A stretch of 32,000 nt of DNA from Candidatus Methanoperedens sp. (GTDB lineage Archaea > Halobacteriota > Methanosarcinia > Methanosarcinales > Methanoperedenaceae): positions 238,732 through 270,731 of the forward strand of contig JAPZAR010000011.1 in NCBI GenBank assembly GCA_027460535.1, written 5' to 3'. Shown one piece after another: positions 16,345-24,826 of this stretch (position 1 is the first letter of the stretch; each line of letters starts with the position of its first letter). A program made the translations under genes and the position numbers. A model generated the notes under the pieces. That model saw only the letters and a list, made by a program, of their open reading frames with translations, had not been told where the DNA came from and did no database searches.

Positions 16345-17541
16345 ATGGCAAGAAACATTCGCGTTGAAAAGATTACACAAACCCCGATCGAAAAACAGGA
16401 AATAGAAATAGTCGAAAGGAAAGGGGTTGGGCACCCGGACAGCATGGCGGACGGCTTTGCAGAAGCGGTGAGCAGGGCGCTCTGCAATGAATATATCAAA
16501 AAATGCGGAACTGTCCTTCATCATAACACGGACCAGGTAGAGGTCGTGGCAGGACGCTCGCATCCCCAGTACAGGGGCGGAGAGCTGATATCGCCCATTT
16601 ATGTTCTTCTGGTGGGAAGGGCGACGAAAGAATTCAAGGACATAAAAATCCCGACAGATACTACGGCGGTAAAGGCAGCAAAGCAGTACCTGAAGGCAAC
16701 TCTTCCCGATATTGATTCTGAACATGACATAATTATCGACTGCAGACTTGGCGTGGGCTCAACAGACCTCCAGAGCGTGTTCAAGCGCGGAAAGGCTCCG
16801 ATGGCCAATGACACCTCTTTCGGTGTGGGGCACGCCCCATTCTCAGAGGTCGAACAGATAGTCTACAATACCGAGAGGCAGATGGTGCTGAATTTCAAGA
16901 AAGACCTTCCCGCCATCGGGACGGATATCAAGGTCATGGGTATGAGAAAGAATGATAATATAACCCTCACGGTCGCCTGTGCGATGATCGGGAAGCATAT
17001 CGACGACCAGGACCACTATTTTTCGATAAAAGATGAATTGCAAAATAAGATCCTCGACCTTTCAGGCGAATACACTGACCGCGAAGTAGAGGTCTTTGTT
17101 AATACCGGCGATGATGAAAAGAGCGGATCGGTCTATCTGACTGTTACCGGAACTTCAGCAGAGATGGGCGATGACGGCTCGGTTGGCCGCGGGAACAGGT
17201 GCAATGGTCTAATCACCCCGAACAGGCCAATGAGCATGGAAGCCACAAGCGGCAAGAACCCGATAAACCATGTGGGTAAACTGTACAATCTTCTCTCCAA
17301 CCAGATAGCGATTGATATTGCAAAGAACGTTCCCGGGATCGAAGATGTGTATATCCGCATCCTTTCCCAGATAGGGAAGCCCATTGACCAGCCGCTGATT
17401 GCAAGCGCGCAGGTGATACCCCAGGACGGCGCGAATATGAAAGTTATTAAATCAGAGTCTGAAGCCATCATCGATAAATGGCTCAGGGATATCACGAAGA
17501 TAACTGAGATGATAACCAGGGGAGAGCTGGATACCTTCTAA
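16345..17541 (+). CDS. mat: Archaeal-type S-adenosylmethionine synthetase (methionine adenosyltransferase)
   Basis: 398 aa. The hallmark motif is ERKGVGHPDSMADGFAEAVSRALC. An SD-like GAGGT lies 8 nt upstream of the ATG. Confidence 0.95.
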   Translation: MARNIRVEKITQTPIEKQEIEIVERKGVGHPDSMADGFAEAVSRALCNEYIKKCGTVLHHNTDQVEVVAGRSHPQYRGGELISPIYVLLVGRATKEFKDIKIPTDTTAVKAAKQYLKATLPDIDSEHDIIIDCRLGVGSTDLQSVFKRGKAPMANDTSFGVGHAPFSEVEQIVYNTERQMVLNFKKDLPAIGTDIKVMGMRKNDNITLTVACAMIGKHIDDQDHYFSIKDELQNKILDLSGEYTDREVEVFVNTGDDEKSGSVYLTVTGTSAEMGDDGSVGRGNRCNGLITPNRPMSMEATSGKNPINHVGKLYNLLSNQIAIDIAKNVPGIEDVYIRILSQIGKPIDQPLIASAQVIPQDGANMKVIKSESEAIIDKWLRDITKITEMITRGELDTF

Positions 17542-17546
17542 CTCTC

Positions 17547-17936
17547 TTATTTCTTTATTATCGTCACATTCACGCTGCGTTTCCTCGCCCCGTCAAGTTC
17601 AACGAAGAATATGCTCTGCCATGTGCCGAGAACGAGGTGCCCGTCTTTGATGGGTAATGTCTCGCTCATGCCCAGAAGCACAGCGCGCAGGTGCGCGTCG
17701 GCATTATTGTCTATGGAATTATGGGCGTAGCTCTTATTCTCGGGAACAAGGGTTTCCAGCATCTCCAGAATATCTTCCCTGAGCCCCCGTTCGTTCTCGT
17801 TAACTATGATACTGCTTGTGGTATGGCGCGTGGAGATGATGCAGACGCCATCTTTTATGCCGCTGTCGTTCACCGTTGCGCGCACGCGGTCGGTTATGTC
17901 GATCAGTTCAGTCCGGGCGGTGGTCTGGATGTCCAT
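17547..17936 (-). CDS. YjbQ/UPF0047 family protein (secondary thiamine-phosphate synthase-like)
   Basis: 129 aa. The sequence TELIDITDRV...GVCIISTRHTTSSIIVNENE...NADAHLRAVLLG...LVLGTWQSIFFVELDG matches the family pattern. Confidence 0.88.
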   Translation of the reverse strand: MDIQTTARTELIDITDRVRATVNDSGIKDGVCIISTRHTTSSIIVNENERGLREDILEMLETLVPENKSYAHNSIDNNADAHLRAVLLGMSETLPIKDGHLVLGTWQSIFFVELDGARKRSVNVTIIKK

Positions 17937-18020
17937 ATTACCTCCAATAAATCATCCCACAAGTAAACTATTTTGGAAAATGGATAAGCTTTTTCATTAT
18001 AACTTTAATATATAGCCAGA

Positions 18021-18623
18021 ATGCCAAAAGGAAAATTGATCACCCTAGAAGGTATCGATGGGACGGGGAAATCCAGCGTTTCAGCGATGATCGAATCCAA
18101 ATTTCCAGAAGGGATTTTTACAAGGGAGCCTACCCGGAGCTGGATAGGAAAAGCGGTAAAAAAGTCGATAGATTCAGATACCGATCCACTTGCTGAACTC
18201 TTTTTATTTGTAGCGGACCATGCAGAACATATAGCCAAGGTAATAAGACCCGCTCTCGAGGGGGGAAAGATCGTAATATCGGATAGATACTCCGATAGCA
18301 GGTATGCTTACCAGGGGGCAACACTTTCAAACAAATTCGAAGATGCAATGGACTGGGTGCAGAGCATCCATAGAGGCTGGACGATAGTTCCGGATCTCAC
18401 CATTCTCTTTACAATAGACCCGGAAATCGCAGTCTCACGATGCGGTTTTCGCGGCTCTCATACGAAATTCGAAAAGATAGGATTCCTGAAGACAGTCCAG
18501 GGGAATTTTATGAGACTTGCGGAGAGGGAACCGCTGAGGTTTGTGGTGATAGATGCATGTCAGGAGCTTGAAGTTGTAGGGCGTGAAGCTGAATCTGTAA
18601 TAAGAGAATTCCTGGGCAAATAA
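18021..18623 (+). CDS. tmk: dTMP (thymidylate) kinase
   Basis: 200 aa. The P-loop is LEGIDGTGKSS and the DRY-type motif is ISDRYSDSRYAYQG. Confidence 0.92.
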   Translation: MPKGKLITLEGIDGTGKSSVSAMIESKFPEGIFTREPTRSWIGKAVKKSIDSDTDPLAELFLFVADHAEHIAKVIRPALEGGKIVISDRYSDSRYAYQGATLSNKFEDAMDWVQSIHRGWTIVPDLTILFTIDPEIAVSRCGFRGSHTKFEKIGFLKTVQGNFMRLAEREPLRFVVIDACQELEVVGREAESVIREFLGK

Positions 18624-18630
18624 GCGCACA

Positions 18631-19611
18631 TCAATCTGTCTCCTCAACTATCTCATCCATTTCCATATTCTCATATTCCCTCTCTCCGATCACTATCTCA
18701 AACTCCTGCGGCGTCAGGACTGGCACATGGAATCTCTCTGCATCGTCGATCGTAATCCTGGGACAGGCAGTGTTCACATAGGCATCGGCCTTGAATGCCA
18801 GCAACTGTTCAGGTGTAACAAGATCCATCAGGATAATGAACGCTTTTTTCTTATGCTTAACTCCAAGGTCCTTGAGTTTCAGGGCAAGTTCCATCCTGTT
18901 CTGCCCGCTTTTTGTGGAAACGATAATCCCGAAAACGCTGGCGTCCATTGCCTTTGCAACATACCCGCCGCGCTTTCGGAGAAACTTTTCAGGATCGACT
19001 TCCCGGGCCATCCTCAGATAAGGGTCTGCCGCGATCACCTTTTTCCCTGTGGCGATGGCTACGCCGAGCGGATGGAAAAGGCCGCCCCCGATGTAAAGGT
19101 ATTCCTCGCAGTTAACCCGTGCTGCCGCGAAATTACACCCCAGGACCTGCCCGGGGTAAACGGTTCTTGGATCTCCTTTCCCGATGATGCATTCTTTTCC
19201 ATGTTCTTTGAGAACCCGGCATGCATCTTCCAATTTATGAACGTGCTGTACCGTGGTAATAAGACCTATCCTGTAGGCTTTTAAAAGAGGAAGGGCAGCC
19301 ATGACCGCGGGTAAAACATCGATATTCGAGCGCGCTTCGATGAAAACCACGTTTTCATGTTTTCCCATTCCTGCATGCCCGAAGTGGAAGAGCACATCCA
19401 CTTTCCCTGCAAGGACTGTATCGATATCACAGGCCCCAAAACAGGGGTTGCCTGAAATAACTGTAATTGCCCGGGTTCTTTCTTCGATTTCCCTGGCAAT
19501 ATTGACCGCGCGCCTTTTCAGGCCTTCGGGGAACTGGAGCCCCACAGTTTTACAATTCTTATCCTTTATTATTTCAAATACGCGTTCCAGGTCAAAATCG
19601 AATGTTTCCAT
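18631..19611 (-). CDS. dph2: Diphthamide synthesis protein Dph2 (2-(3-amino-3-carboxypropyl)histidine synthase)
   Basis: 326 aa. The sequence [21 protein letters not shown]...GNPCFGACD...FHFGHAG matches archaeal Dph2. Confidence 0.92.
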   Translation of the reverse strand: METFDFDLERVFEIIKDKNCKTVGLQFPEGLKRRAVNIAREIEERTRAITVISGNPCFGACDIDTVLAGKVDVLFHFGHAGMGKHENVVFIEARSNIDVLPAVMAALPLLKAYRIGLITTVQHVHKLEDACRVLKEHGKECIIGKGDPRTVYPGQVLGCNFAAARVNCEEYLYIGGGLFHPLGVAIATGKKVIAADPYLRMAREVDPEKFLRKRGGYVAKAMDASVFGIIVSTKSGQNRMELALKLKDLGVKHKKKAFIILMDLVTPEQLLAFKADAYVNTACPRITIDDAERFHVPVLTPQEFEIVIGEREYENMEMDEIVEETD

Positions 19612-20255
19612 TAAAACTTCCTTGCTATGATATACGCCTCTTTTTTCTCAGGCTCAAGTATTTCGATAATTTCCAGGCCGAGCGAGGAAAGCTTTTCCAG
19701 TATGGGCTCTCTATCACTTTTCTTTTGCAACTTCAGTACCTGCAGAAGCATTCCTCCATTTCTCAGCGCAGGGAGCACGTTCTCAAGGGCTTTTATTGAA
19801 GCCAGAGGTTCCACAGTAATGTCCATAAGCAGAACATCATATTCTCCCACTATATGCATTGTGAACGCATCCCCGAATTCCACTGTCACGTTGGGGTGTT
19901 CATGTGCTATTTTTCCAAGATCCGAACGGAATTCATGACTGAACTCTATGCCATGTACACGGGAAGCGATTTCCGAAGCAAACAGCAGGAATCCTCCAGC
20001 ACTTGAACCTATATCCAGGACGTTATCGCCCGATCTGATTATGTTTGCTTTCTCCTGGATCTCTTTGAGTTTCCAGTATCCTGCGGGTTTGTCCTGACCT
20101 TCTGCTACCTCGATCTTGTCTGAGTAGGCGACATCATATGAGGGTTTAGTAACGACCATATTGTTAACTCTGACATGCCCTTCAACGATGGCGTGTTTTG
20201 CCCGACCGCGCGAACCAAGGTTGCCAAGTTCTACAAGATAAGAGTCAAGTCTCAT
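19611..20255 (-). CDS. TlyA-like S4-domain / FtsJ-type RNA 2'-O-methyltransferase
   Basis: 214 aa. The S4 domain ([31 protein letters not shown]) is followed by a SAM-binding motif ([11 protein letters not shown]). Its stop overlaps the dph2 ATG by 1 nt (TAATG). Confidence 0.85.
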   Translation of the reverse strand: MRLDSYLVELGNLGSRGRAKHAIVEGHVRVNNMVVTKPSYDVAYSDKIEVAEGQDKPAGYWKLKEIQEKANIIRSGDNVLDIGSSAGGFLLFASEIASRVHGIEFSHEFRSDLGKIAHEHPNVTVEFGDAFTMHIVGEYDVLLMDITVEPLASIKALENVLPALRNGGMLLQVLKLQKKSDREPILEKLSSLGLEIIEILEPEKKEAYIIARKF

Positions 20256-20320
20256 CGGACACCTGATAATGCATATTACAAAGGTTAATAGCCTACAAAC
20301 TATATTAAAAACACACCCGT

Positions 20321-20409
20321 GCCGAGGTGGCAGAGCGGACTAACGCGGCAGGCTCGAGACCTGTTTTACCTTCTGGTAAGCTAGGGTTCAAATCCCTACC
20401 TCGGCGCCA
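20321..20409 (+). tRNA. tRNA-Ser (anticodon CGA), class II with a long variable arm and a genomically encoded CCA
   Basis: Cloverleaf folded by hand. The 7-bp acceptor stem pairs GCCGAGG with CCTCGGC. The anticodon stem pairs GCAGG with CCTGT, and the loop CTCGAGA carries CGA at 20355-20357. The 5-bp variable-arm stem pairs TTACC with GGTAA. The T arm is TAGGG-TTCAAAT-CCCTA. The discriminator is G, followed by CCA at 20407-20409. Confidence 0.93.
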
Positions 20410-20688
20410 TCACACAATGCCCTGAATAAGATTTGTTAGATGTCATTATGGAACGGCAAGCTTTCTTTCCGAATCCCTGCGCACTCAACATAAATAAAAA
20501 AACCAAGGTTACAATATATCACGCTAACCAGAAAGAAATTTTCTATATGGACCAGCCGTTTTTTCACCGGAGCTTTTTTTCAAGAATTCATTTACCCAAA
20601 CTATAAATACCAACAGGTTCAAAAAAATCATGAGATACAGCGATGTATCCACGTAGATTTTACTAAGAAGAGAGTGGAGGAAAATATT

Positions 20689-20952
20689 ATGGCAAAATAC
20701 TTGATAGAATCGCCGCACACCGAGGAAGAGTGTCTGCAGGCACTGGATGAAACCCTCGGAAAAGGATCGGATTTACTCGCAAAGTTCGATTGGGGCTGCA
20801 TGGCAGGGGAGCATACAGGCTGGGCAACCGTGGAAGCGGGAAGCGAATCAGCAGCCCGTAATATGGTTCCTGATTTTGTGCGCAGCAAGGCACGCATCGT
20901 CAAGGTGACTAAGTTCACCCCGCAGCAGATCAAAGAAGCGCACAAGGCGTAG
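20689..20952 (+). CDS. Small conserved-looking hypothetical protein (87 aa)
   Basis: The track ORF starts at GTG 20674. That GTG is part of a GGAGG Shine-Dalgarno sequence 9 nt before the ATG at 20689, so 20689 is the likelier start. The sequence is MAKYLIESPHTEEECLQALDE...GEHTGWATVEAGSESAARNMVP. I can assign no family. Confidence 0.65.
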   Translation: MAKYLIESPHTEEECLQALDETLGKGSDLLAKFDWGCMAGEHTGWATVEAGSESAARNMVPDFVRSKARIVKVTKFTPQQIKEAHKA

Positions 20953-20974
20953 GCATTATCTGGAGGTGATTTTA

Positions 20975-21367
20975 ATGGGAGAGTATGAAGACACATTGGA
21001 GGATATAGAAAGCACAATGGGGATAGTGCCGGGATTCATGAAAACACTCCCGGCAGACGTCCTTGTAAAGGATTGGGCGCTCTGGAAGAAATATTCACTG
21101 GGAGAAACTGAGATCCCGGCCAAATACAGGGAACTGATGGGATTATCAGCAGCAGCTAATATTAAATGTCCATATTGTCAGCTCATGCACACGGGAATGG
21201 CTAAACTCCATGGCGCCACAAACGAGGAACTATCCGAAGTATTCTATCTGGCAAGCCTTACCGCAAGATGGAGCGCAATGATACATGCTCAAAACTACGA
21301 CTATGAAACATTCAAAAAAGAGGTCGAACAGGTGGGAGAACATCTGCAAAAGAGGAGCAAGAGGTGA
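20975..21367 (+). CDS. Carboxymuconolactone decarboxylase / AhpD-like family protein
   Basis: It has the CPYCQLMH CxxC-H motif of the AhpD core. A GGAGGTGA SD sequence precedes the ATG at 20975. The track start at 20966 is a GTG inside that SD. Confidence 0.85.
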   Translation: MGEYEDTLEDIESTMGIVPGFMKTLPADVLVKDWALWKKYSLGETEIPAKYRELMGLSAAANIKCPYCQLMHTGMAKLHGATNEELSEVFYLASLTARWSAMIHAQNYDYETFKKEVEQVGEHLQKRSKR

Positions 21368-21374
21368 GTGAGAA

Positions 21375-21782
21375 ATGTTGGGAGAAATGATAGGTGAATT
21401 GCATGGTGAAATGACAGGCCAGCGCGTGCTTTCATATGACGGGCCTGGCCCGAAGGTCGAAACATCAGTTAAGCAGAGCGGCAAGCTCCTGGGAATGGAT
21501 GTAACGGATATAGTAACATACTGTTCTGTCATGCGCGCCGGGGGAGGGCTGTACGGTGAAGCAAATGGGGTTGAAATGACCAGGGACGGAGAGGCACTGA
21601 CTTACACAGCACAGGGAGTTGGAAAGTTTACCGGGCGTGGCAGTGCTGTTAGCTTCAGGGGATCCCTTTACTTCCAGACATCTTCTCAGAAACTTGCACG
21701 TCTTGCCAGTGTAGCAGTCATCTTCGAATATGAAATGGATGAGAATGGAAAGACCCATGCAAAACTGTGGGAATGGAAATAG
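21375..21782 (+). CDS. Hypothetical protein (135 aa, beta-rich looking)
   Basis: A GAGGTGA SD sequence lies 7 nt upstream of the ATG. The gene is tightly packed between neighbours on the same strand. I recognise no motif. Confidence 0.65.
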   Translation: MLGEMIGELHGEMTGQRVLSYDGPGPKVETSVKQSGKLLGMDVTDIVTYCSVMRAGGGLYGEANGVEMTRDGEALTYTAQGVGKFTGRGSAVSFRGSLYFQTSSQKLARLASVAVIFEYEMDENGKTHAKLWEWK

Positions 21783-21813
21783 GTAAAATACTTGAAAATG
21801 GAGGAAATATATT

Positions 21814-22098
21814 ATGGCATATTTGCTTGTGCGGCATAAAGTCAAAGACTTTTCCAGGTGGAAACCTGTGTTCGATGAGCATGCCGCTACCCGCAAAGCA
21901 GGAGGCTCCACCGGGGGACGTCTCTTCCGCAGCGCTGATAATCCGGATGAGGTAATCATCATCTTTGAATGGGAGAGCATTGAAAAGGCAAAAAAATTCG
22001 CCCAGTCCGAGGATCTGAGGAAGACGATGCAGCGAGCCGGCGTTAATGACAAGCCTGATGTGTACTTCCTGGAAGAAGTTGAAAGAGTTTCCGTGTGA
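21814..22098 (+). CDS. Small dimeric alpha/beta-barrel (ABM/Dabb-like) protein, function unknown
   Basis: 94 aa. MAYLLVRHKVKDFSRWKPVFDEH...VIIIFEWESIEKAKKF resembles ferredoxin-like ABM-type small proteins. A GGAGG sequence lies upstream of the ATG. Confidence 0.6.
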   Translation: MAYLLVRHKVKDFSRWKPVFDEHAATRKAGGSTGGRLFRSADNPDEVIIIFEWESIEKAKKFAQSEDLRKTMQRAGVNDKPDVYFLEEVERVSV

Positions 22099-22114
22099 TT
22101 TTAAAGACACGGAA
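22089..22114 (+). other. Hairpin overlapping the stop codon of the 21814-22098 gene (8-bp stem TTCCGTGT / ACACGGAA, 10-nt loop)
   Basis: The inverted repeat was read directly from the sequence. No T-run follows it, so a terminator role is uncertain. Confidence 0.3.
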
Positions 22115-22428
22115 CTATCTGCTTCCATCAGGCACGCATCGTGAAGTATATGATAGCCGGTTTCACCTTGGGTGGCAATAAATTTCAGCGGGGCCCCATA
22201 TAAATATTTTCTTGCTTGCCCTGGCGAATTATTCAAAGACTTATGTGGTACAGGCGCTTAAAATAATGCCAGAACCGGATAGCTTTTGCGAAAACCTATA
22301 TGTAATGCACAAGCTATACATAATTATGTGGTAAAAGAACATCTGAAGTTTCATATTGGGGTCTGTAAAAGAAGCATAGCATCATCGAAAGCCTGTGAGA
22401 GAACAATTGTCCTGTTCAGGGTGGTCAA

Positions 22429-23895
22429 ATGAAAATAGTACCTACTGGAATAAAGGGTATGGACCAGGTTCTCAATGGGGGGTTCAACCATCCTTCCACT
22501 GTTCTGGTAGCAGGGACGGCTGGGGCCGGCAAGACCACGTTCGTGATGCAATCACTCTTCAATGCCGCCAAGGAAGGCGAGAACTGCCTTTTCATTTCGG
22601 CCATTTCAGAACCTGTGGCAATGATGGAAAGTTTCGTATCCAATTACTCATTTTTTGATTATTCATTGATTGAGAAGAAGAAAATAAGGTTATTTAACAT
22701 CGAAGAGAGCATGCTTAAGGCTGGCGCACCCGAGGTTTTGAAATTTATTGAGGAAAAAATACGGATGTACAAGCCCAACAGGCTTGTAATAGACCCGGTC
22801 ACTGTGCTTGCGGAATCGAGACAAAATGAATTAGAAAAGCGTCTTTTTCTTTTCGAACTCCTTACAAGGATGAAAAGCTGGAACCTGCTTGTCCTTCTCA
22901 CAGGTGAGTTCAGTCTTGAGACCTTGAAAGAAAACCCGGCCAGCTATCTCGTGGACTGCGTCATACATATTTCCGAGGTATTTATCGGTGACAAAAGCGA
23001 ACGATATCTCAGCGTTATTAAAATGAGAGGGAGGAATTATATCTCGGGGAGGCACACATACAAACTGGACAATAACGGAATTTCGGTGTTCCCAAGACTG
23101 CTTCCCGAGATGGAATTCAGGAGACAGGTTCCCATGTCCAGGGTGAGCACGGGTGTAGAAGGTCTGGACCTCATGCTGAAAGGTGGTATGTTAAGGGACA
23201 GCGTCATCTTATTTTCAGGAAGCCCCGGAACAGGCAAGACGGTTTTCGGGCTTCACTTCATAAGAGAGGGGGCAATGAAGGGAGAACCCGGCCTGATCAT
23301 TTCCTTCGAGGAATGGCCTGAGAAAATAATACGCAACGCAGCTACCCTGGGCTGGGACTTTGCACAGTTTGAACAAAAAGGTCTCGTTAAATTCCTGCAT
23401 TTCTCACCTATCATGTATCACGCGGATGAACATGCATTGTTGATAAAGGATATATTGAAACAACATGGCATCAGGAGGATTTTTTTTGACGGGATTGAGA
23501 ATTTAGAGACGGCCCTGCCAGATCAAATAAAAAGAAGAGACTACATTCATGCTCTTGTTAATTATTTTTCAGCCCAGGATGTCACAACGCTATTAACGAG
23601 CGAGATCCCGGAACTTTTCGGTACGATTAGGTTAACCCATGAAGCACTTTCCGGCACATTTGATGTAATAGTATTGCTGCGGCACGTAGAAGTGGAGGGA
23701 CAGATGAGAAAAGCCCTGAGCCTTTTGAAATCCAGGGGTTCTGACCACGATAAAGAGATCAGGGAATACGAAATAACAAATAAAGGTATCGTTGTGAAGG
23801 TCGCAATAAAAGGGTACGAGAACGTGCTCGTGGGTATGGCAAGGAAGCCTGCTGCAGATATATTCATGGAATTGTTCGGCGGAAAGAAATCATGA
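22429..23895 (+). CDS. Double-domain KaiC-like (RecA-superfamily) ATPase
   Basis: 488 aa. It has two Walker A motifs (GTAGAGKTTF and GSPGTGKTVF), each preceded by a G.KG.D..L.GG-type or GVEGLDLMLKGG motif. Walker B-like motifs are LVIDPV and RIFFDGI. The C-terminal sequence is LLKSRGSDHDKEIREYEI. Confidence 0.9.
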   Translation: MKIVPTGIKGMDQVLNGGFNHPSTVLVAGTAGAGKTTFVMQSLFNAAKEGENCLFISAISEPVAMMESFVSNYSFFDYSLIEKKKIRLFNIEESMLKAGAPEVLKFIEEKIRMYKPNRLVIDPVTVLAESRQNELEKRLFLFELLTRMKSWNLLVLLTGEFSLETLKENPASYLVDCVIHISEVFIGDKSERYLSVIKMRGRNYISGRHTYKLDNNGISVFPRLLPEMEFRRQVPMSRVSTGVEGLDLMLKGGMLRDSVILFSGSPGTGKTVFGLHFIREGAMKGEPGLIISFEEWPEKIIRNAATLGWDFAQFEQKGLVKFLHFSPIMYHADEHALLIKDILKQHGIRRIFFDGIENLETALPDQIKRRDYIHALVNYFSAQDVTTLLTSEIPELFGTIRLTHEALSGTFDVIVLLRHVEVEGQMRKALSLLKSRGSDHDKEIREYEITNKGIVVKVAIKGYENVLVGMARKPAADIFMELFGGKKS

Positions 23896-24146
23896 ATTAT
23901 CCCTTACTTATTCTCTATATGATATCAACAGCCCTTTTACTTCTCTTACCTTACAGCATAGCATTATTTTACCAGCGGATCTTCAAAAGAAATACTTATC
24001 CCTATCTTTTTTTGATCGCTCTCGTCCTGTATATCGCTTCATCATTCCAGTATTCGTGGGGGAATCTGTCCTTTGCCATGGGGGGTGTTATTCTGGGGGG
24101 GGCAAGTTTCAGGCTATACAATGTAATGACCAGGAGGGGGAAATGA
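23892..24146 (+). CDS. Small integral membrane protein (84 aa, about 3 TM)
   Basis: It overlaps the KaiC-like stop by ATGA (23892-23895). Hydrophobic helices are LLILYMISTALLLLLPYSIALF, YLFLIALVLYIASSF and AMGGVILGGASF. Confidence 0.65.
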   Translation: MNYPLLILYMISTALLLLLPYSIALFYQRIFKRNTYPYLFLIALVLYIASSFQYSWGNLSFAMGGVILGGASFRLYNVMTRRGK

Positions 24147-24460
24147 TACTAGATCTGGGCATGTTCCTGGTAGGCATTCTGGGCATACTCATACTGTATT
24201 CAGTTTTGATACGATTGAGTTCAAGAATGGGTGAAGGGATGCGCCTTCCGAAATATTACCGTCTTTACTACATCGCTATTTTAGCCATAATACTGACAAT
24301 ACCTCTGGGCTGGTCAATCTATTATGCCAATGATAGGAGCCCTGAAAATAATTTGCTAGCGTTGCTCACAGCAGGAAATATTCTTGCCATGGCTGCTTCT
24401 TTTAAGTACTGGTGGTGGTTGAAAAATGAGGTATGGACAAGTGGAAAGGGAGGTAAATAA
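24143..24460 (+). CDS. Small integral membrane protein (105 aa, about 3 TM)
   Basis: The internal ATG at 24143 of track ORF 24056-24460 is preceded by AGGAGGGGG. It overlaps the previous stop by ATGA (24143-24146). Helices are MFLVGILGILILYSVLI, YYIAILAIILTIPLGWSIY and LLALLTAGNILAMAASF. Confidence 0.65.
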   Translation: MILDLGMFLVGILGILILYSVLIRLSSRMGEGMRLPKYYRLYYIAILAIILTIPLGWSIYYANDRSPENNLLALLTAGNILAMAASFKYWWWLKNEVWTSGKGGK

Positions 24461-24826
24461 ATGGATAAAAAAATAATGGTCGTGGATGATGAACCGGATA
24501 CCGTTGACCTGGTGAAACTCGTACTTGAAACAGAAGGTTTTGAGGTGATGACAGCATTCAGCGGGAGTGAGTGCCTGAAGAAACTTGAACTCGATAAGCC
24601 GGATGCCGTGCTCCTTGATATTATGATGCCGGAGATGGACGGCTGGGAGTTATTTAAAAAAATCAGGCAGAAGTATGAAGACCTGCCAGTAGCCATGCTC
24701 ACGGTGAGGAGCCAGGACATCGATAAAATGCTAGGTCTGCATGTGCTTAAGGCTGATGACTATATCACCAAACCCTTTGGGAGAAAAGAACTGGTTGAAA
24801 GAGTTAAAAAGATGGTAAACCTGTGA
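24461..24826 (+). CDS. Stand-alone response-regulator receiver (CheY-like) protein
   Basis: 121 aa. The acidic pocket is VVDDEP and the phospho-acceptor context is AVLLDIMMPEMDG. MLTV and ITKPF are also present. There is no output domain. The ATG directly abuts the preceding TAA. Confidence 0.92.
   Translation: MDKKIMVVDDEPDTVDLVKLVLETEGFEVMTAFSGSECLKKLELDKPDAVLLDIMMPEMDGWELFKKIRQKYEDLPVAMLTVRSQDIDKMLGLHVLKADDYITKPFGRKELVERVKKMVNL

Noticed and set aside
16258-16725. 155-aa minus-strand ORF overlapping the 5' end of the SAM synthetase gene
   Set aside because: It is antisense to a very confidently identified gene and has Cys/Phe/Leu-rich, unstructured-looking composition.
21465-22236. Two long minus-strand ORFs (195 and 172 aa) across the small-gene cluster
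   Set aside because: They overlap three plus-strand genes that each have strong Shine-Dalgarno sites and sensible products. The translations are low-complexity shadows.
20321-22430. A tRNA-flanked integrated mobile element or genomic island
   Set aside because: There is no integrase, transposase or phage gene. By eye I found only an 8-nt match (AATCCCT-type) to the tRNA 3' end, which is not significant. I cannot compute composition differences reliably here.
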